A stretch of DNA of 64,000 nt from Paramoeba atlantica (taxonomy: Eukaryota; Protista; Discosea), in contig CDRNVI010000044.1 in assembly GCA_977017575.1 (NCBI GenBank), forward strand, positions 62,001 to 126,000. The letters are read 5' to 3'. Numbering within the stretch: the first letter of the stretch is position 1; every line of letters starts with the position of its first letter. Positions 30,523 through 42,500 of the stretch are shown in pieces. The notes beneath the pieces were generated by a model. That model made no database searches, was not told the DNA's origin, and worked only from the letters and a program-made list of their open reading frames with translations. Both the position numbers and the translations under genes were made by a program.

Positions 30523-33500
30523 CTAACCAAAGCTTTGGTTGTCCCATAAAGGGGATTCCCTTTTCAGCCAGAGTTGAAAGCTGCTCCGGATCGCCGTTCG
30601 GATGACTTCGACACGGCACTTATCTGAGAGTGCCTTGTCACCCAAAAAGAGACGGTTGATGTGACGCAGCGTCGTAGAAGGGAGACCTCTAGCTCCAACT
30701 TCAAAGCATATCAAGTGGCAGTCTGAGTACCTTATTTTTCGTCGGTGTAGAATATTTATGTACTTTTCTACTTTTCGGCAGTGGGCTTCGTGTACGTTTT
30801 CCTCCCAGGGCATCGTCAACTCAACGATAAATTCAGTTCCGTCGTTGAGTTTGACGATTCCATCTGGGCGGAGCTGTGTTTCCAGGTCGGACCACCATGC
30901 GGGTAGTTGACGTAGGTGTGGGAGATCAAAATGTGCCTCTGCGGTATGGGGGGAAGAGAGTATCGCGTTTGCAAAGGTGGAGAGTACACAATCATGGCGA
31001 TATGTGTAACGTCCCTGTTCTAGTGATACCTTGCACGAGGATAAGAGGTGTCGTAATGTTTCCGGTTCTTGTTTACAAATTCGGCATTGTACTGTATCTG
31101 TGCCGTGAATTCCCCATGTCCTCAGCATTGTCCTAGTAGGGAGAGTGTTTTGTACCATTAAAGAAGTTGCGAAGCGGCTAAGGGAAGTGCTACGTAATCC
31201 GTTTATCGCGGCGCTGAAATCTTTCGCCTGTTCTTCCTCGGAGGCTATATCCCACCACTGAATAGCGAACGTTGACCTGCGGCGTAGTGCGTTGATCATT
31301 CGGTCCTCATTAAGCTCAAGAAGAGTTCGTTTTGCGAGGTCGCGATCGTCCAGTATGTGTGTGATGTCACATGCTGGTCGAATTTGGCCTTTCCTGCGCT
31401 TATGTTCTTCAGCCCGTATTCTTTCCTGCAGTGCGGCGGTAACGTTCGGGTCTCGGGACCGCTTCATTTGACAGAGAAGATCAGCTGTACAGTCCTCCCA
31501 GAGTCTGGACAAGCTGCAGATGTTCCATCCACGCTGAGAGTAGATTGCTTCGCTGCATGTAGTTCTAGCCGCATTGATCCACCGTTTCAGGGAGTGAGTA
31601 CACATTTTCTGAAGGCGTAAAATAAAGTTTAGCGTGATACATGGGTGTATAGTAAAGGTGAAGCGTAGCCGAGAGATGATTGCGTGTTGATATATCCAAA
31701 TTTTTGATGGGAGGTCGTGGGCCGACTGGTCAATGTTATGAAGCCATCGCTTCAATAAGGGCCTAACTTTCGTGAAAAGGGCTCGGGATTGTTGAGAACC
31801 GGGGGCAATATTCATGCCAAGAAACGTACTTCCTTCGTCGCATATATGCGGTATAGCTTCGTTCTTGATGAAAATTTGAGGACGTCGTGTCACGTAGCCG
31901 GGGTGTTCATCATTTTTCTTGGACGCCATATATTGGACTCTGTACTTTTTGACGTTGATGGAAAGGCCAAGCGAACCGAGTACCGTGGATAGTGTTTCAA
32001 CAGCCAGTTGAATTTCTTTTTCACTATTCGTCAGGACCGTGAGATCGTCGGCGTACGCTTTTAGGAAGCTTTTTGGAAATCCAGGGAGGTTCAATCCAAA
32101 TGAGGGAAACGATTTTGCCATGTAACGTAGGGCTAGCTCCATAATCACCAGAAAGAGCGTAGGAGAGAGAGTGTCACCTTGTAAGACACCTCGTTTAGCT
32201 GGGATCGCGCTGGACAGACCTTCGTAACATTTAATGCGGGTACTTGCGTCAGTGTATAAGCATTGGACGTATTTAATAATGTTTGGGGAGATTCTCGCCC
32301 ATTCCAGTGCTTCAAAGATGATGTTGCGGGGGACTGAACCAAAGGCGTTACTGAGGTCTAGCTGGGCCATGCAATAGTTCCACTTGCTCTTCCGGTAGTG
32401 GCGTAGGAGCTCTGAGAGGGATTGCGTATGTTCGAGAGTACCGTTAATGGCGGGGAGAAAGCCTTTCTGTATCTTGGGGTCAATGACAGAGGCTTCAAGT
32501 AGGAATTTCGTCATTTTCCGGCTGATGATGGAATGCCGGAGTTTCCCTAGTACGCTAGTCAGGCCGATGGGACGCCAGTTTTGTGGGTTGTCAGGCTCCC
32601 CTTTTTTGTAAATGAGGCGAGTGACGGATATTTTCCACGACGTCGGACATGTGCTGAAGCGCACTAGCGCGTTGAAGACGTTTGCCATGTGGGTGTGGGA
32701 GCTGTGGCATCGCTTTAGAGTCTGGTACGTAATGGAGTCCTGGCCTGGAGCACTGCTGTTTTTCTTTGATGTGAGAGCGTTCGAAATGTCGATTGAAGCC
32801 AGTTCGTCCCAGGTCATTTCTGCCAGAGGACGGTTTCCGAGGACGTCGTGGGGTGGTAAGTGATGCACTGTAGTGGGGTCCGTAAGTAATGTTGTGAACA
32901 CACTTTCCACTTTCTGTACATTGCAAGTCGGATAGGCCGGTACACTTTCTGCTTCTGTCCTTTTGTCCAAGGTTTGACTCGCAGCCGTCCATGGATTGCG
33001 GTTGAATTGTTGAAGTGCCCAGCGACTTTCCAGTTCCCGTTTTTGGGCCATGGCTTCTGCGCTGTATATACGTTCCGCCTTTTTGGTTTCCTTAATCTTT
33101 TGTTTCAACGCCATGCGGGGAGCCTTGCCGTGTGTGTATCGCAGCTTCATTTGTAGTTGTTTTACATGTCGAGAGAAGGAAAAGGCAACTTTTTCGCTTT
33201 CTAATGGACGGACTTTCCCCTTTGTGTGTCCTCGAGCCGTTCGGATAATGAAACCCTTCCTGGAGTCGACGTCTCGCGCCACTTCATATGCCGACACCGC
33301 TAGTATTGCACTCAGTAGTTCTGCGTTATGGACGGCGGAGAGTGCGTCGCCAGAGACAGTGAGCAAGGTGTTGCATCTGTGGAGGGCCCTACGTTCCACC
33401 TCGTGCCAGTGCGCGTCAGCCAAGTTTATGTTTAACTTGCCCCCCTGGATGTATCGTGCCGTGCGGAAAAAGTACTCCGTCTCGTCGAGTGGTCTCGGAG

Positions 33501-33606
33501 AGGAAGCGGAAGTGGGGGGGGTTAAGTTCGGGGTGTTCTTGCTCTTGTCCTGCGTTGGGGCTCCCCTCAGAGTCTCCTTCGATTCCCTGATCGAGGGATG
33601 GTCCAT
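30523..33606 (-). CDS. RT + CCHC + RLE ORF of an R4/NeSL/HERO-like non-LTR retrotransposon
   Basis: APGQDSI, NWRPIGL, QKGF, LDLSNAFGSV, GVLQGDTLSP, AYADDL, CRICKQEPETLRHLLSSC..RYTYRHD and RPDG..VELTMPWE. Confidence 0.92.
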   Translation of the reverse strand: MDHPSIRESKETLRGAPTQDKSKNTPNLTPPTSASSPRPLDETEYFFRTARYIQGGKLNINLADAHWHEVERRALHRCNTLLTVSGDALSAVHNAELLSAILAVSAYEVARDVDSRKGFIIRTARGHTKGKVRPLESEKVAFSFSRHVKQLQMKLRYTHGKAPRMALKQKIKETKKAERIYSAEAMAQKRELESRWALQQFNRNPWTAASQTLDKRTEAESVPAYPTCNVQKVESVFTTLLTDPTTVHHLPPHDVLGNRPLAEMTWDELASIDISNALTSKKNSSAPGQDSITYQTLKRCHSSHTHMANVFNALVRFSTCPTSWKISVTRLIYKKGEPDNPQNWRPIGLTSVLGKLRHSIISRKMTKFLLEASVIDPKIQKGFLPAINGTLEHTQSLSELLRHYRKSKWNYCMAQLDLSNAFGSVPRNIIFEALEWARISPNIIKYVQCLYTDASTRIKCYEGLSSAIPAKRGVLQGDTLSPTLFLVIMELALRYMAKSFPSFGLNLPGFPKSFLKAYADDLTVLTNSEKEIQLAVETLSTVLGSLGLSINVKKYRVQYMASKKNDEHPGYVTRRPQIFIKNEAIPHICDEGSTFLGMNIAPGSQQSRALFTKVRPLLKRWLHNIDQSAHDLPSKIWIYQHAIISRLRFTFTIHPCITLNFILRLQKMCTHSLKRWINAARTTCSEAIYSQRGWNICSLSRLWEDCTADLLCQMKRSRDPNVTAALQERIRAEEHKRRKGQIRPACDITHILDDRDLAKRTLLELNEDRMINALRRRSTFAIQWWDIASEEEQAKDFSAAINGLRSTSLSRFATSLMVQNTLPTRTMLRTWGIHGTDTVQCRICKQEPETLRHLLSSCKVSLEQGRYTYRHDCVLSTFANAILSSPHTAEAHFDLPHLRQLPAWWSDLETQLRPDGIVKLNDGTEFIVELTMPWEENVHEAHCRKVEKYINILHRRKIRYSDCHLICFEVGARGLPSTTLRHINRLFLGDKALSDKCRVEVIRTAIRSSFQLWLKRESPLWDNQSFG

Positions 33607-35960
33607 AGATTTTGCAGCATGGATGGCTGCATTTGAGTTTACTTATGCATCGATGTTGGCATGGGTGCGTCCGCTTCAAGGAGGAGGCGTGGTCACGCGA
33701 AATAATCTCGTATGGTGGAAGTGTTGGGACCGTTTGGGGCTTTGATGGCTGTACTTCTTCTTTGTCGTCGGTGCGAAGGAGCAGAACGATCCGAAACGCC
33801 GATAACCCAGGGACCGCTCTCCCGTTCAGTACCGTATTTACCGCTTTACCCATTGAGCTAGGTGATGCGTAGTGGTTGTATAATTCCAGGCGGCTGTCGT
33901 GAAAAAGAGATACCCAGTTCGCGTGGCGAGAAATGTGACTTGTTGAGTCTACTCTACTAACTTCTAAAAAGTCACATGCTCTCTTTTCCATAAATTCGTC
34001 TACGGTACACGTTTCTACGACGATGTCGTGTGCTGCACTTTTCCCATTGAGCGCTTTGGACAGGGCGGCTTCAGCCCCCTGGGGGGAAGGGATACGACTA
34101 CGCACAAGTTGGCTTACGCATGCTGCATGCACATCCGGGAAATATCTCCATGTGTTGTCGTTGACGAGGCGGAGTTTGACAGGTTTTGACCGGGACTGGA
34201 TAAAGTGGAAACGTTGCTTGTGTCGGTTATGGGTTACGGGATGCGTGGGGTCCTGGGGCGGCGGGAGATACTGTGACGGGCTGTCGGGAGTTTGTGTGGG
34301 AGTCTGGGGACCCTCGGATTCATCCGAATGTAAATGGGTGTCCAGTTGTGATGGGGGTAAGAGGCTTCCTTGTTCAAGCGGCGGGCTTTGTATTCGCCCT
34401 ACGCTGTGCGCTTGTTGGAAAACCCAGGATGGGACTTCGTCATCGCCATTCTCATTCCGCGGACTGTGTTGGTGTGCTGGGGAAGATGAGTCCAAGAGAA
34501 TGATACTTTCCGGTGCCTTGTTTTTGGGAGTCGGGATGGCTGGTTCCCTGGCAACGGCACGGCCAGCTGTCGTAGTGGTTGTGTTTAGGGACGGTGTGAC
34601 GAGATTCTTGGGAAGGGTACATGGGCCGGTGGGTAGAGTATCCTGCCCATCCAGTTTGCTTATCGGTGTGTCAAGCGAAGTCAACGGTGTGCCAGTGCGT
34701 TTGCAGCAAGGATGGCCGCACCCTGCTTTGTTCTTACATTTATGCTTACAGGGCTCGACACGGTCTGCTTGTTCGGAGGCGGGGCCTAGGCCTTGCTTGC
34801 AGCACACGTGCTTACATTGATCTTTACTCTTGCAGATATGCTTGCATACTCTAGTTAAGGCGTGGACCTGAAGTTGTGTTGGAGATTTAGGTTTGGGGAG
34901 GCTTTGGGAGTCCGGAGTTTGACATGGAACGCCGTTGAAAAGTAGGAATTTGGCAAGCGAGCAGGCAGTTGATGCCACGGCACGACCGACGGTAACAGTG
35001 GGTGATTTTTGATGGGGAGTAACCTCCTTGGGTGGGGGTACATGTAAATCGTGTTCGTCTTTTGGACAGGGTGCTATTGTGTACGACAAGCGTTCCTGTC
35101 CGGTGCTGCTGTGAGGTCGTACGGTTACCGCCGGGGTTGAGGGAGTGCCGTTAGCGTACGGTTGAGTGCGGCTTGAAAACAGATATCGTGTTGCAGCTCG
35201 CGCTGCCATGCCAAGTAGGTTGCTTGATTTCGGTACTTTCACATCCTGTGTTACGCGGTCACGGGTGCATGGCGGTGACGTTTCGTCCCTTTGTCGCGTA
35301 CTTGGAGCTTCTTTGGGCCCGGATTCTTGGCCGCTCGCCGTAGTGCTCGTGAGTTCGTATGTTGTTGGTGTAAGATTACGTTTGCAACATGGGTGCCCGC
35401 AGGTCTGTTTGTTTTTACAGACATGCTACGTTGTACCGGCATTACACTCACAGCCGTGATCACCTTTACGTCTTCTCTTGCATCCACCGGTGCGTCACTT
35501 CTCTTATTGTTGTACGTATCCGGTTTTGCTACGCGTACCAGGTGTCGTTTGCAGCATGGGTGTTCACAGTGAGCTTTGTCCTTGCAGCGGTGTTTGCATT
35601 CCGGAACCGTTTGTTGTGTGGTGGGGGGGACGGGGTGAGGGGGAAGTTCGTTTGTGTGAGGAGTGACCAGGATATGTGGCCGCGTTACACCCCGCTTGCA
35701 ACAGGGGTGTCCGCAGGTGCTTTTGTCCTTACAAGGATGTTTGCATGGAGCTGGGGGTGCTTCTCCTGTGTCGCTGGTAAGGGACTCATTGCTCTTTTGG
35801 GATATGAGAGCCTGGACGGTTCGGGTAGCAGATTTTGCAACCCTGTCTGCGGGAGTGCCTTTCAGGGACAGGTTTTTGTTTTGGTTAGACACGTCGCGTG
35901 GTCTCTTAGGAGACTGCGACGCCTGGTGTGTGCCCTTCCCTAGTAGTAAGCAAAACATGT
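33416..35960 (-). CDS. Frameshifted N-terminal region of the same element, with six Cys/His repeats and a possible NUMOD1-like HTH
   Basis: ORFs 35251..36075 and 33416..35242 contain repeated CxHxCxxKxxCxHxCCK motifs separated by Pro/Thr/Ser-rich linkers. Confidence 0.65.
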
Positions 35961-35991
35961 CGTTGTAAAGGGTAGGGAAAAGAAAAAAAAT

Positions 35992-36001
35992 CAACAAGGT
36001 A
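35992..36001 (-). other. Possible 10-nt SL 3' remnant (TACCTTGTTG)
   Basis: Matches the SL 3' end and is followed by a pyrimidine tract and the ATG of MFCLLLG. A match this short could be chance. Confidence 0.4.
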
Positions 36002-38155
36002 AGGTCATGCATTCGATGTCGCGGAGATCGCGAATGAGGACACACATCACGTTTGACGGCAAGTCCCCCACCCATCCTGAATCAAATGCAAAAGATAGTT
36101 TCGCAAACTTCACCGGACGCAACGCTTACTTACGCAAAAGCACTCTCATGCTCCCCCGTCAGATCTCCAGGCAAAGATGCTAGAGCGGAAGAAACGGAAG
36201 AAACGGAGAGGACAACCGATGACATAGTGTTGCGACCGCTGAATCCGACTGCACGCATCCTCTCTTACGAAGAACTCTTTCAGCAAAGGAAAGAACGTAA
36301 GGAAGCACGCTGGAAATTTCACGAAGCTCTGCGCCAGGAAAGAATGAGGAAAGAGAGCCTAACTGCAGGTTCAAACGTCTCGCAGAACTCTACCGGATCG
36401 CACTCCCCATCATCCCCACCACCCACTTCACCGCTACAAGCCACCAAATCCGGCGAACGTGTTTCCACGGAGAACAACCATCCCTACCTCCACCGCTCAG
36501 CCCGCCAGCCTCAGTGAAAAACTCCACGGTAACAATACCCTCGAAACTGTTCTCGAAGGATCTGCTGACAAATATTTTCCGTCGACGCGAGAAGAGAGCT
36601 CCAGTAAACGAGGAGTTTAACGATACTACACCAACAAGTTCCTCAACCGTGGCGAAAGCAACTGCCGATTCCTCGCACCTTGATGCTCAGACGAATGGCA
36701 CACCGGCGCCCACCATTCAGCTACAACCGGAAGATCAATTCAGGGACTGCGAGTCTCCTTTGACGGAGGTGCCAAGAGATGCTCTGAACGATTTTTCAAT
36801 CCAAGAAGGAAAACAAAGTGAGGAGGAGATCGTGGAGAGCTTCCTAACCACAGTTAATCCAACTGTCAACTTTCCCATTCCGCCGGACCAAATTTGGGAG
36901 GAAGCTCAGGGTGCCGAACCAGGTGACACATGTCTTATCGCTTGGAGTTTCGATCGCACACCAAAGTTAAATGTCTCGAAAGGAATCGTAACGCTGATGC
37001 GGAAACGTGGGAGCAGGAGTTAGATAACGTTAAGCTATTCCGGCATACATGGACACAAGAGGGGAGAAACGTTCTCGGGGCACCTCCCACCGCATGCGAA
37101 TGTACGCGTCTTTCAAATAGTATGGACCAAGTTATCATGTTCCCCCGCCCCAAAATCTAAGAATGCCGCATGTGCGCACACGGAACAAGATTTAGACTAT
37201 GAACCTATGCCTACTCTACGCACTGTGAGTCCAGAATTCATGCCATGTGTCATTGCGATTTATAGAGACATAATTCGCGAATACGCGGATAGCACATACC
37301 CGGAACGAAACAAAATCTGGCACAGGATACTATCAGCCATGAAATTCTCACTCGCTACGGTGCGGAAAGCCAACGCCAAACGTCGACGCCGTCGTCCCGC
37401 CTTATCTCCTTCGGGCGAGACTTTCTCCGCTGAGCAAAGTTAAAACCCCTCTGTGTCGGACACGCGCGCAATAAAGAAAGCAATCAGCATGGTGCTCGAC
37501 GGGTGTGTTTCTAAGGCTTCCAGAATCCTTGATCAGGAAGTCGCGCCGCGCAAATTGAGTGATGATGACACGATTAAGAAACTGAAAGAGCTACATCCCG
37601 ATCATCCAACAACCTTTTCCTTACCACCTGATGCCCCTTTAACTGCCTGCATCACTTCCAACGAAATTCGAGAGGCCGGAAGACGTATGGCCAAAGGGGC
37701 TGCACCAGGTCCCACCGGAACAACCGACTCGATTATGCGTTTGCTACTCGATGATGAGATATGTTGCTCGAGTCTTTGCCACATGTTTACAGATCTTATC
37801 AACGGGGGTCTTTCAAAAGAGGTGATGCACCGTCTAAAGCGCGCACGAATAGTAGCTATTCCCAAACCTTCAGGAGGAGTCCGCCCAATCGCGGTCGGTG
37901 AAACCATGCTTAAGCTAGCAGAAATCATCTTATTGCAGAGGTACGAAAAAACGTTGTTACCGCTCTTTGCGCCCATACAATACGGTGTTATGATTAAGGC
38001 TGGGTGTGAACAAATCGTCCATGAACTCTCCGAACTATACCACGAGGGATGCAGTATTCTATCAATCGATTTGAGGAACGCGTTTAATTCCCCACCACGG
38101 GACGAAATTGCGAAAGCAGTATTCGGATTTCAATCGCTACGACCCTTTTGGCGTA

Positions 38156-40554
38156 CTGTGACCCCCCCCTTTAATATGGACAGGGGGTATCCCCCCCCTT
38201 TATTGTGGACAAATCCGACCGTGCGCCGCGCAGCGGCGCCAATTTTTTTTTTTGACGTACCCTTTTTTTTGTCTCTTTTTTTCTGTTTTTTAGGGTATCT
38301 GTAGCTAGGTAATTTTATCAGCTTTCACATAGTTCGTCATGTTCATATATTTCAGTCATTTTTCAACCTAATGAATTCCGTGGAAGGACCCTTAACCTCT
38401 TGGATTAAGGCAACACCCCCAAAGCCACAGGTAGGTAATCCAACAATGTTGATTACAAATGAGCGCAATGTCCACGCTTCTTTAGATATCCACGTAAAGG
38501 AGAAAAGGGGACGAACTGAGCTTAATATATACGAGAAGCGCGAAATCTGCCGATCGACTCTCTCGGTAAAAAGAATCCGAGAAAAATACGGAATTTCGCG
38601 AAGCGGAGTATATGAAATCCGTAGCCACGGTATGAGCTACTTTCAAAAACTCATTGATCGTTCCATGGGGAGCAACCACAGGAATCGTGCTTTTAACGTT
38701 CGAGGAGGCGACTACAATGTTCCCGAAGCAGTTTGCTACAATAAGTCTGAGGCAATGGAACGGGTACACCGCTCCTGCGTTCAAGCCTCCTCGTTATGGT
38801 GTCCCTTCACCAGAAATATCGTCATCGACATGATACGACAAAATACGGGATTGACTTCAATTAGTGCTTTGGAAGACACTTCTGCGAAGTTCAGACGGTA
38901 CTATGGTTGGGTGTGGCGGCGGTGGGGCAGAATACAGTGCTTAGCCCCCGCTGATGTGAACCTCAGAATTTCTCATTGGGCTGAAAAGCTCTACGTTCAA
39001 AACACAGTCCGTTGCTACCGTTTCGCGCTTTTCGGGGATGAAACCGCCATGTTTGTCAATGGAGAGGTGCAAGGGTACACACTTGCTCCGGTAGGGTGCC
39101 CGCAACCTAAGGTAGTGGATACAAACCCAAAGGAAACAGTAACCGCATTTCTTGCGGGCGTCTATGATTTAGGGGCCGGCGAAGTTTACCCGCTCCACCC
39201 GACTGTAATTTTTGAGCACGGAGCGAAGCGCAGAGAAAGCTCAACAATTTATTCGGAAATGACGAGTTACGCGAATAAATTGAAAGGGATATTTATTGAT
39301 GTGAGCTCTTCTGGATGGGTGCGAGATGATATATATCCCCGCATGATGCACCGATACTTGCCACTTACCCTGGAACAATCTTCAACGGCCATCGTTACTG
39401 ACGACTTCACGGGGCATCGCACTGATGATATTCCCGTCAACTGTGACCCGCACACAATTCCTGGCGGGTGCACGAAAACGATCCAAATTCACGACCGAGT
39501 ATTCAATCGCCTATTTAAGAGGGCGTACAATGAGTTGCTCAGTGCATGGCGAATACAGAACTCTTCGTGTAAGGTAACTCGTTATTTGGTGCTGGAGTGG
39601 ATAAAAGAGGCCCATTCGAGAGTATGGGTAAAGCATCACAACACTATTCTTAACGCCGCCCGCAGGTACATCAAGCAACCAGCTACAGAGTATCCATGGA
39701 GCGAGAAGGATCCCGAAAGTGAACCAACCAGAAAAGCGAAAGCTGAGATAAAAGTCCGTGAGGAAATTTCACCACAAATAGAGTCTTCACGAAATGAGCC
39801 GATTGTTGTGCCGGAAACAGAGGAGACTCCTCCCACCCTGGTTGATACGTGGAAAAAATGAAGAGCTTCATGAGGAAATAATTGACACTCAAGATTGTTT
39901 AGGGCAACTAATGCTTCATCCAGACAATGACCGCGGGGACATGGACACAGAGGGGTGGGATCAGTCAGTAGCGTGTGATGATACTTTTGAATTGTAAAAG
40001 GGCTGTTATTTTGTTGTGATAAGTTTACGTGGGTTCTTTTACGTGAGCTCTTAACGTTGGTCTTGTTTTTTCCCGTCGTGAACGTAAGTTCTTTCTTTCC
40101 ACCTTTAGTTCATTTGTGTGAAACTTTGTATGAGTAGGAAGTTTGGGCTCGATTTTTACGTTAGAACATCTACAATTTAACTGAATGGAACCTTTATAGC
40201 TACACGGAATATAGAGCTGAATGTGAGCATGCATGATTTTTTGCTTGTTGTTAATTTTTTATTCCTAATTATAGTGTACATCAATAATGTATATCCTCCA
40301 TGTACCCTTCACCCTTATGAAGAAGTGCCCCTTCACCCCTCATTGACGCCCTCCTCCCCCGCCCTCTTCCTCTGCTCTCCTCGCCCTCTCTCCTGGACAT
40401 GGATTTTACAAATTTGATTTTTTGTCGTATTATAAGTAAAAAAGGTGCCGCGAAGCGGCGCCGAATTTTTTTTCACACCCCTTTCATCGCCCCCCCCCCC
40501 CTTTATTATGGACAAAAGCCGAAAAAGTGTCCATATTAAAGGGGGGGGTCACAG
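38156..40554 (+). mobile_element. pogo-like DNA transposon copy 1, TIR CTGTGACCCCCCCCTTTAATATGGAC, TA TSD
   Basis: TA at 38154-55 and 40555-56. Removing the element restores FWRIFAAEY in the CRE RT. Confidence 0.9.
38371..39861 (+). CDS. pogo-like transposase (HTH + DD30D)
   Basis: ELNIYEKREIC..KYGISRSGVYEI HTH; FGDET, VTDDFTGH and IQIHD give 30 residues between the second and third D. Confidence 0.82.
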   Translation: MNSVEGPLTSWIKATPPKPQVGNPTMLITNERNVHASLDIHVKEKRGRTELNIYEKREICRSTLSVKRIREKYGISRSGVYEIRSHGMSYFQKLIDRSMGSNHRNRAFNVRGGDYNVPEAVCYNKSEAMERVHRSCVQASSLWCPFTRNIVIDMIRQNTGLTSISALEDTSAKFRRYYGWVWRRWGRIQCLAPADVNLRISHWAEKLYVQNTVRCYRFALFGDETAMFVNGEVQGYTLAPVGCPQPKVVDTNPKETVTAFLAGVYDLGAGEVYPLHPTVIFEHGAKRRESSTIYSEMTSYANKLKGIFIDVSSSGWVRDDIYPRMMHRYLPLTLEQSSTAIVTDDFTGHRTDDIPVNCDPHTIPGGCTKTIQIHDRVFNRLFKRAYNELLSAWRIQNSSCKVTRYLVLEWIKEAHSRVWVKHHNTILNAARRYIKQPATEYPWSEKDPESEPTRKAKAEIKVREEISPQIESSRNEPIVVPETEETPPTLVDTWKK

Positions 40555-40826
40555 TATATTTGCAGCCGAATATAGCGAGCCGTCAGAGCTACTATATTAC
40601 GGAAAAGATGGGCAATTTCTACGTACAATAAAAAGCTCAGCAGGTGTTAGACAAGGCTCTCCTCTGTCATCATTGTTCTTCTGCAGTCTCCTCCAACCCA
40701 TGCTCGAAACCATAGTGCAAGAATTTCCACTACTGCGCGTATACGCATATATTGACGATATTAACTTTGCGGCGCAAGACCCACAGCTCATAACGAGCGC
40801 TTTTACAAGACTACGTGGATTGTTGC

Positions 40827-41041
40827 TGTTGTTGTTGGGTCCGGGCCGTTTGTCTCCGAAGAGATGTGGCCTCCTCACTTTCCGCGTAGGTAGCGGTGCG
40901 GGTGTTCCACGCGGGGAGTAAATCTACAGCGCGAGAGCCTAGGCTCAACCGCAGCATGTAGACACCCGACTTGCCTCCTCCGGGAGAATGAGGTATCATG
41001 CCCTAGTTGTTTAGTGTCTTGTTATCTTGACACCGGGCGAC
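40827..41041 (-). mobile_element. 215-bp SINE-like retroposed insert with (CAA)n tail and 17-bp TSD ACTACGTGGATTGTTGC
   Basis: TSD at 40810-40826 and 41042-41058. The minus-strand 3' end reads CAACAACAACAGCAAC. Confidence 0.8.
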
Positions 41042-42500
41042 ACTACGTGGATTGTTGCATGACAAATTGATTGAATTGGCGCCCGAGAAGTGTGTATGGT
41101 TCTCCGGTAAACACGGAACGAACCTATCGGAAGACCTCTTTAGCGTGGGAGTTAAGACGGAACCGCAGGCAACGAAGACTCTAGATGCATTTATTGGAGA
41201 TACCGAAAAAGTAAAAGATTTGCTCCTGAAATCGCTTCAAAAACACAGCTCGGCAATGAGACGGTTAAAAAAAATGGGGGCTAATAATGTGTCACTCCTA
41301 CTGCTCTCCAAATGCATAAACGTACGGCTACGATACCAGCTGCGCGTACATCCCCCGGAGTCCACTATAGGTGCCGCTGAGGCTTTTGACAAGGGAGTGG
41401 AAGGCGTGTTAACCAAGTGGCTTGGAAACCTATCAGACATTCAACTCTCTTGGGCTAGGCTTCCCATCAGAAAAGGAGGACTAGGACTATCTCCAGCATC
41501 CGGCATCGCAGAGGCATCATATAAAAAGTCACACTTTTTTGCTCTAGAGCGAATAAAAACCCCTTCAGCTCTTGCAATGAGTATGACCCCACTGCCACGC
41601 CACGAATACAGCCCGGAAAACCCTCCAGATGATGAAATCGTAACGGAAGACTTGTTTCATTCCAAGGTAAAAGAAACCCTGATGCAAGATAAAATAGCGG
41701 GACCAATCTTACAAGCGACCTGCGAAAAAGGAAACTTCTCCTGGCTAACCTCTAGAACAAGAATGGTATCCTCACGATACTTTACGCTAGCAGTGATGCC
41801 CCGCCTTGGCTTGGCCCATCCTCGTCTTCCCGCTCATGTGCAATGCCCTGGCTGCCATATAACTCTCAAGTCAGACGAAGCCATCACCCATATTTCTGGA
41901 TGTGTTAAATGCCATGGAAATAACGCAACAATGAAGCATCATAGAATGGTAAGACGAATCTACGAACTATGCCTCAAAAGAGGAATCCCGTGCGAATTAG
42001 AACCCCGCAATTTTTCGTCCTACAAATGCACGGTATGCGCCGAGTCGATACAAACAGAAAGGCGCCACGAACACCAACGAACATGCGGTACCGGAGCTTT
42101 AATTCGATCCGGACCAGACATTGTGATCCACTGGGCATCGGGAGATATCTATTATGATTTCACCATAGTTCACGAGCTGTCACCCTCGAACATAGGCAGA
42201 AAAGCAACCCAACTCATGAAAGACGCTATAGGCCGCAAGATAAAAACATACGTGACGACCGCTATGATACCATCGAACCAATTTGTGTGCCTCCCCATGC
42301 TCTCCGGCGGGGCCATGCATGCAAACACTAAGGCTCTTCTTAACTCTCTCGCGGATGTATGCGGAGCAGATCGCGAAACGATTGTTGAGGACTTTGCACT
42401 GCAGCTACAAGAACTAAACGGCGCCGTGGTTTACTCCCAATTAAAGCAGTTCCTGGCCTCTGACTCCTCTGAGGAAGAGAAACTATTTTAGCCACCATCG

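Larger units (their letters stand above)
36053..42491 (+). mobile_element. Degenerate full-length CRE-like element (subfamily B) interrupted by a pogo-like element and a SINE-like insert
   Basis: Pieces 36053..37443 (with stops), 37453..38153, 40557..40826 and 41052..42491 align with 21740..27725. Confidence 0.85.

Noticed and set aside
40827-41041. HDV-like ribozyme here, at 12380-12487, or in the SINE body
   Set aside because: I could not build consistent P1/P2/P3/P1.1 pairings by hand; a descriptor search is needed.
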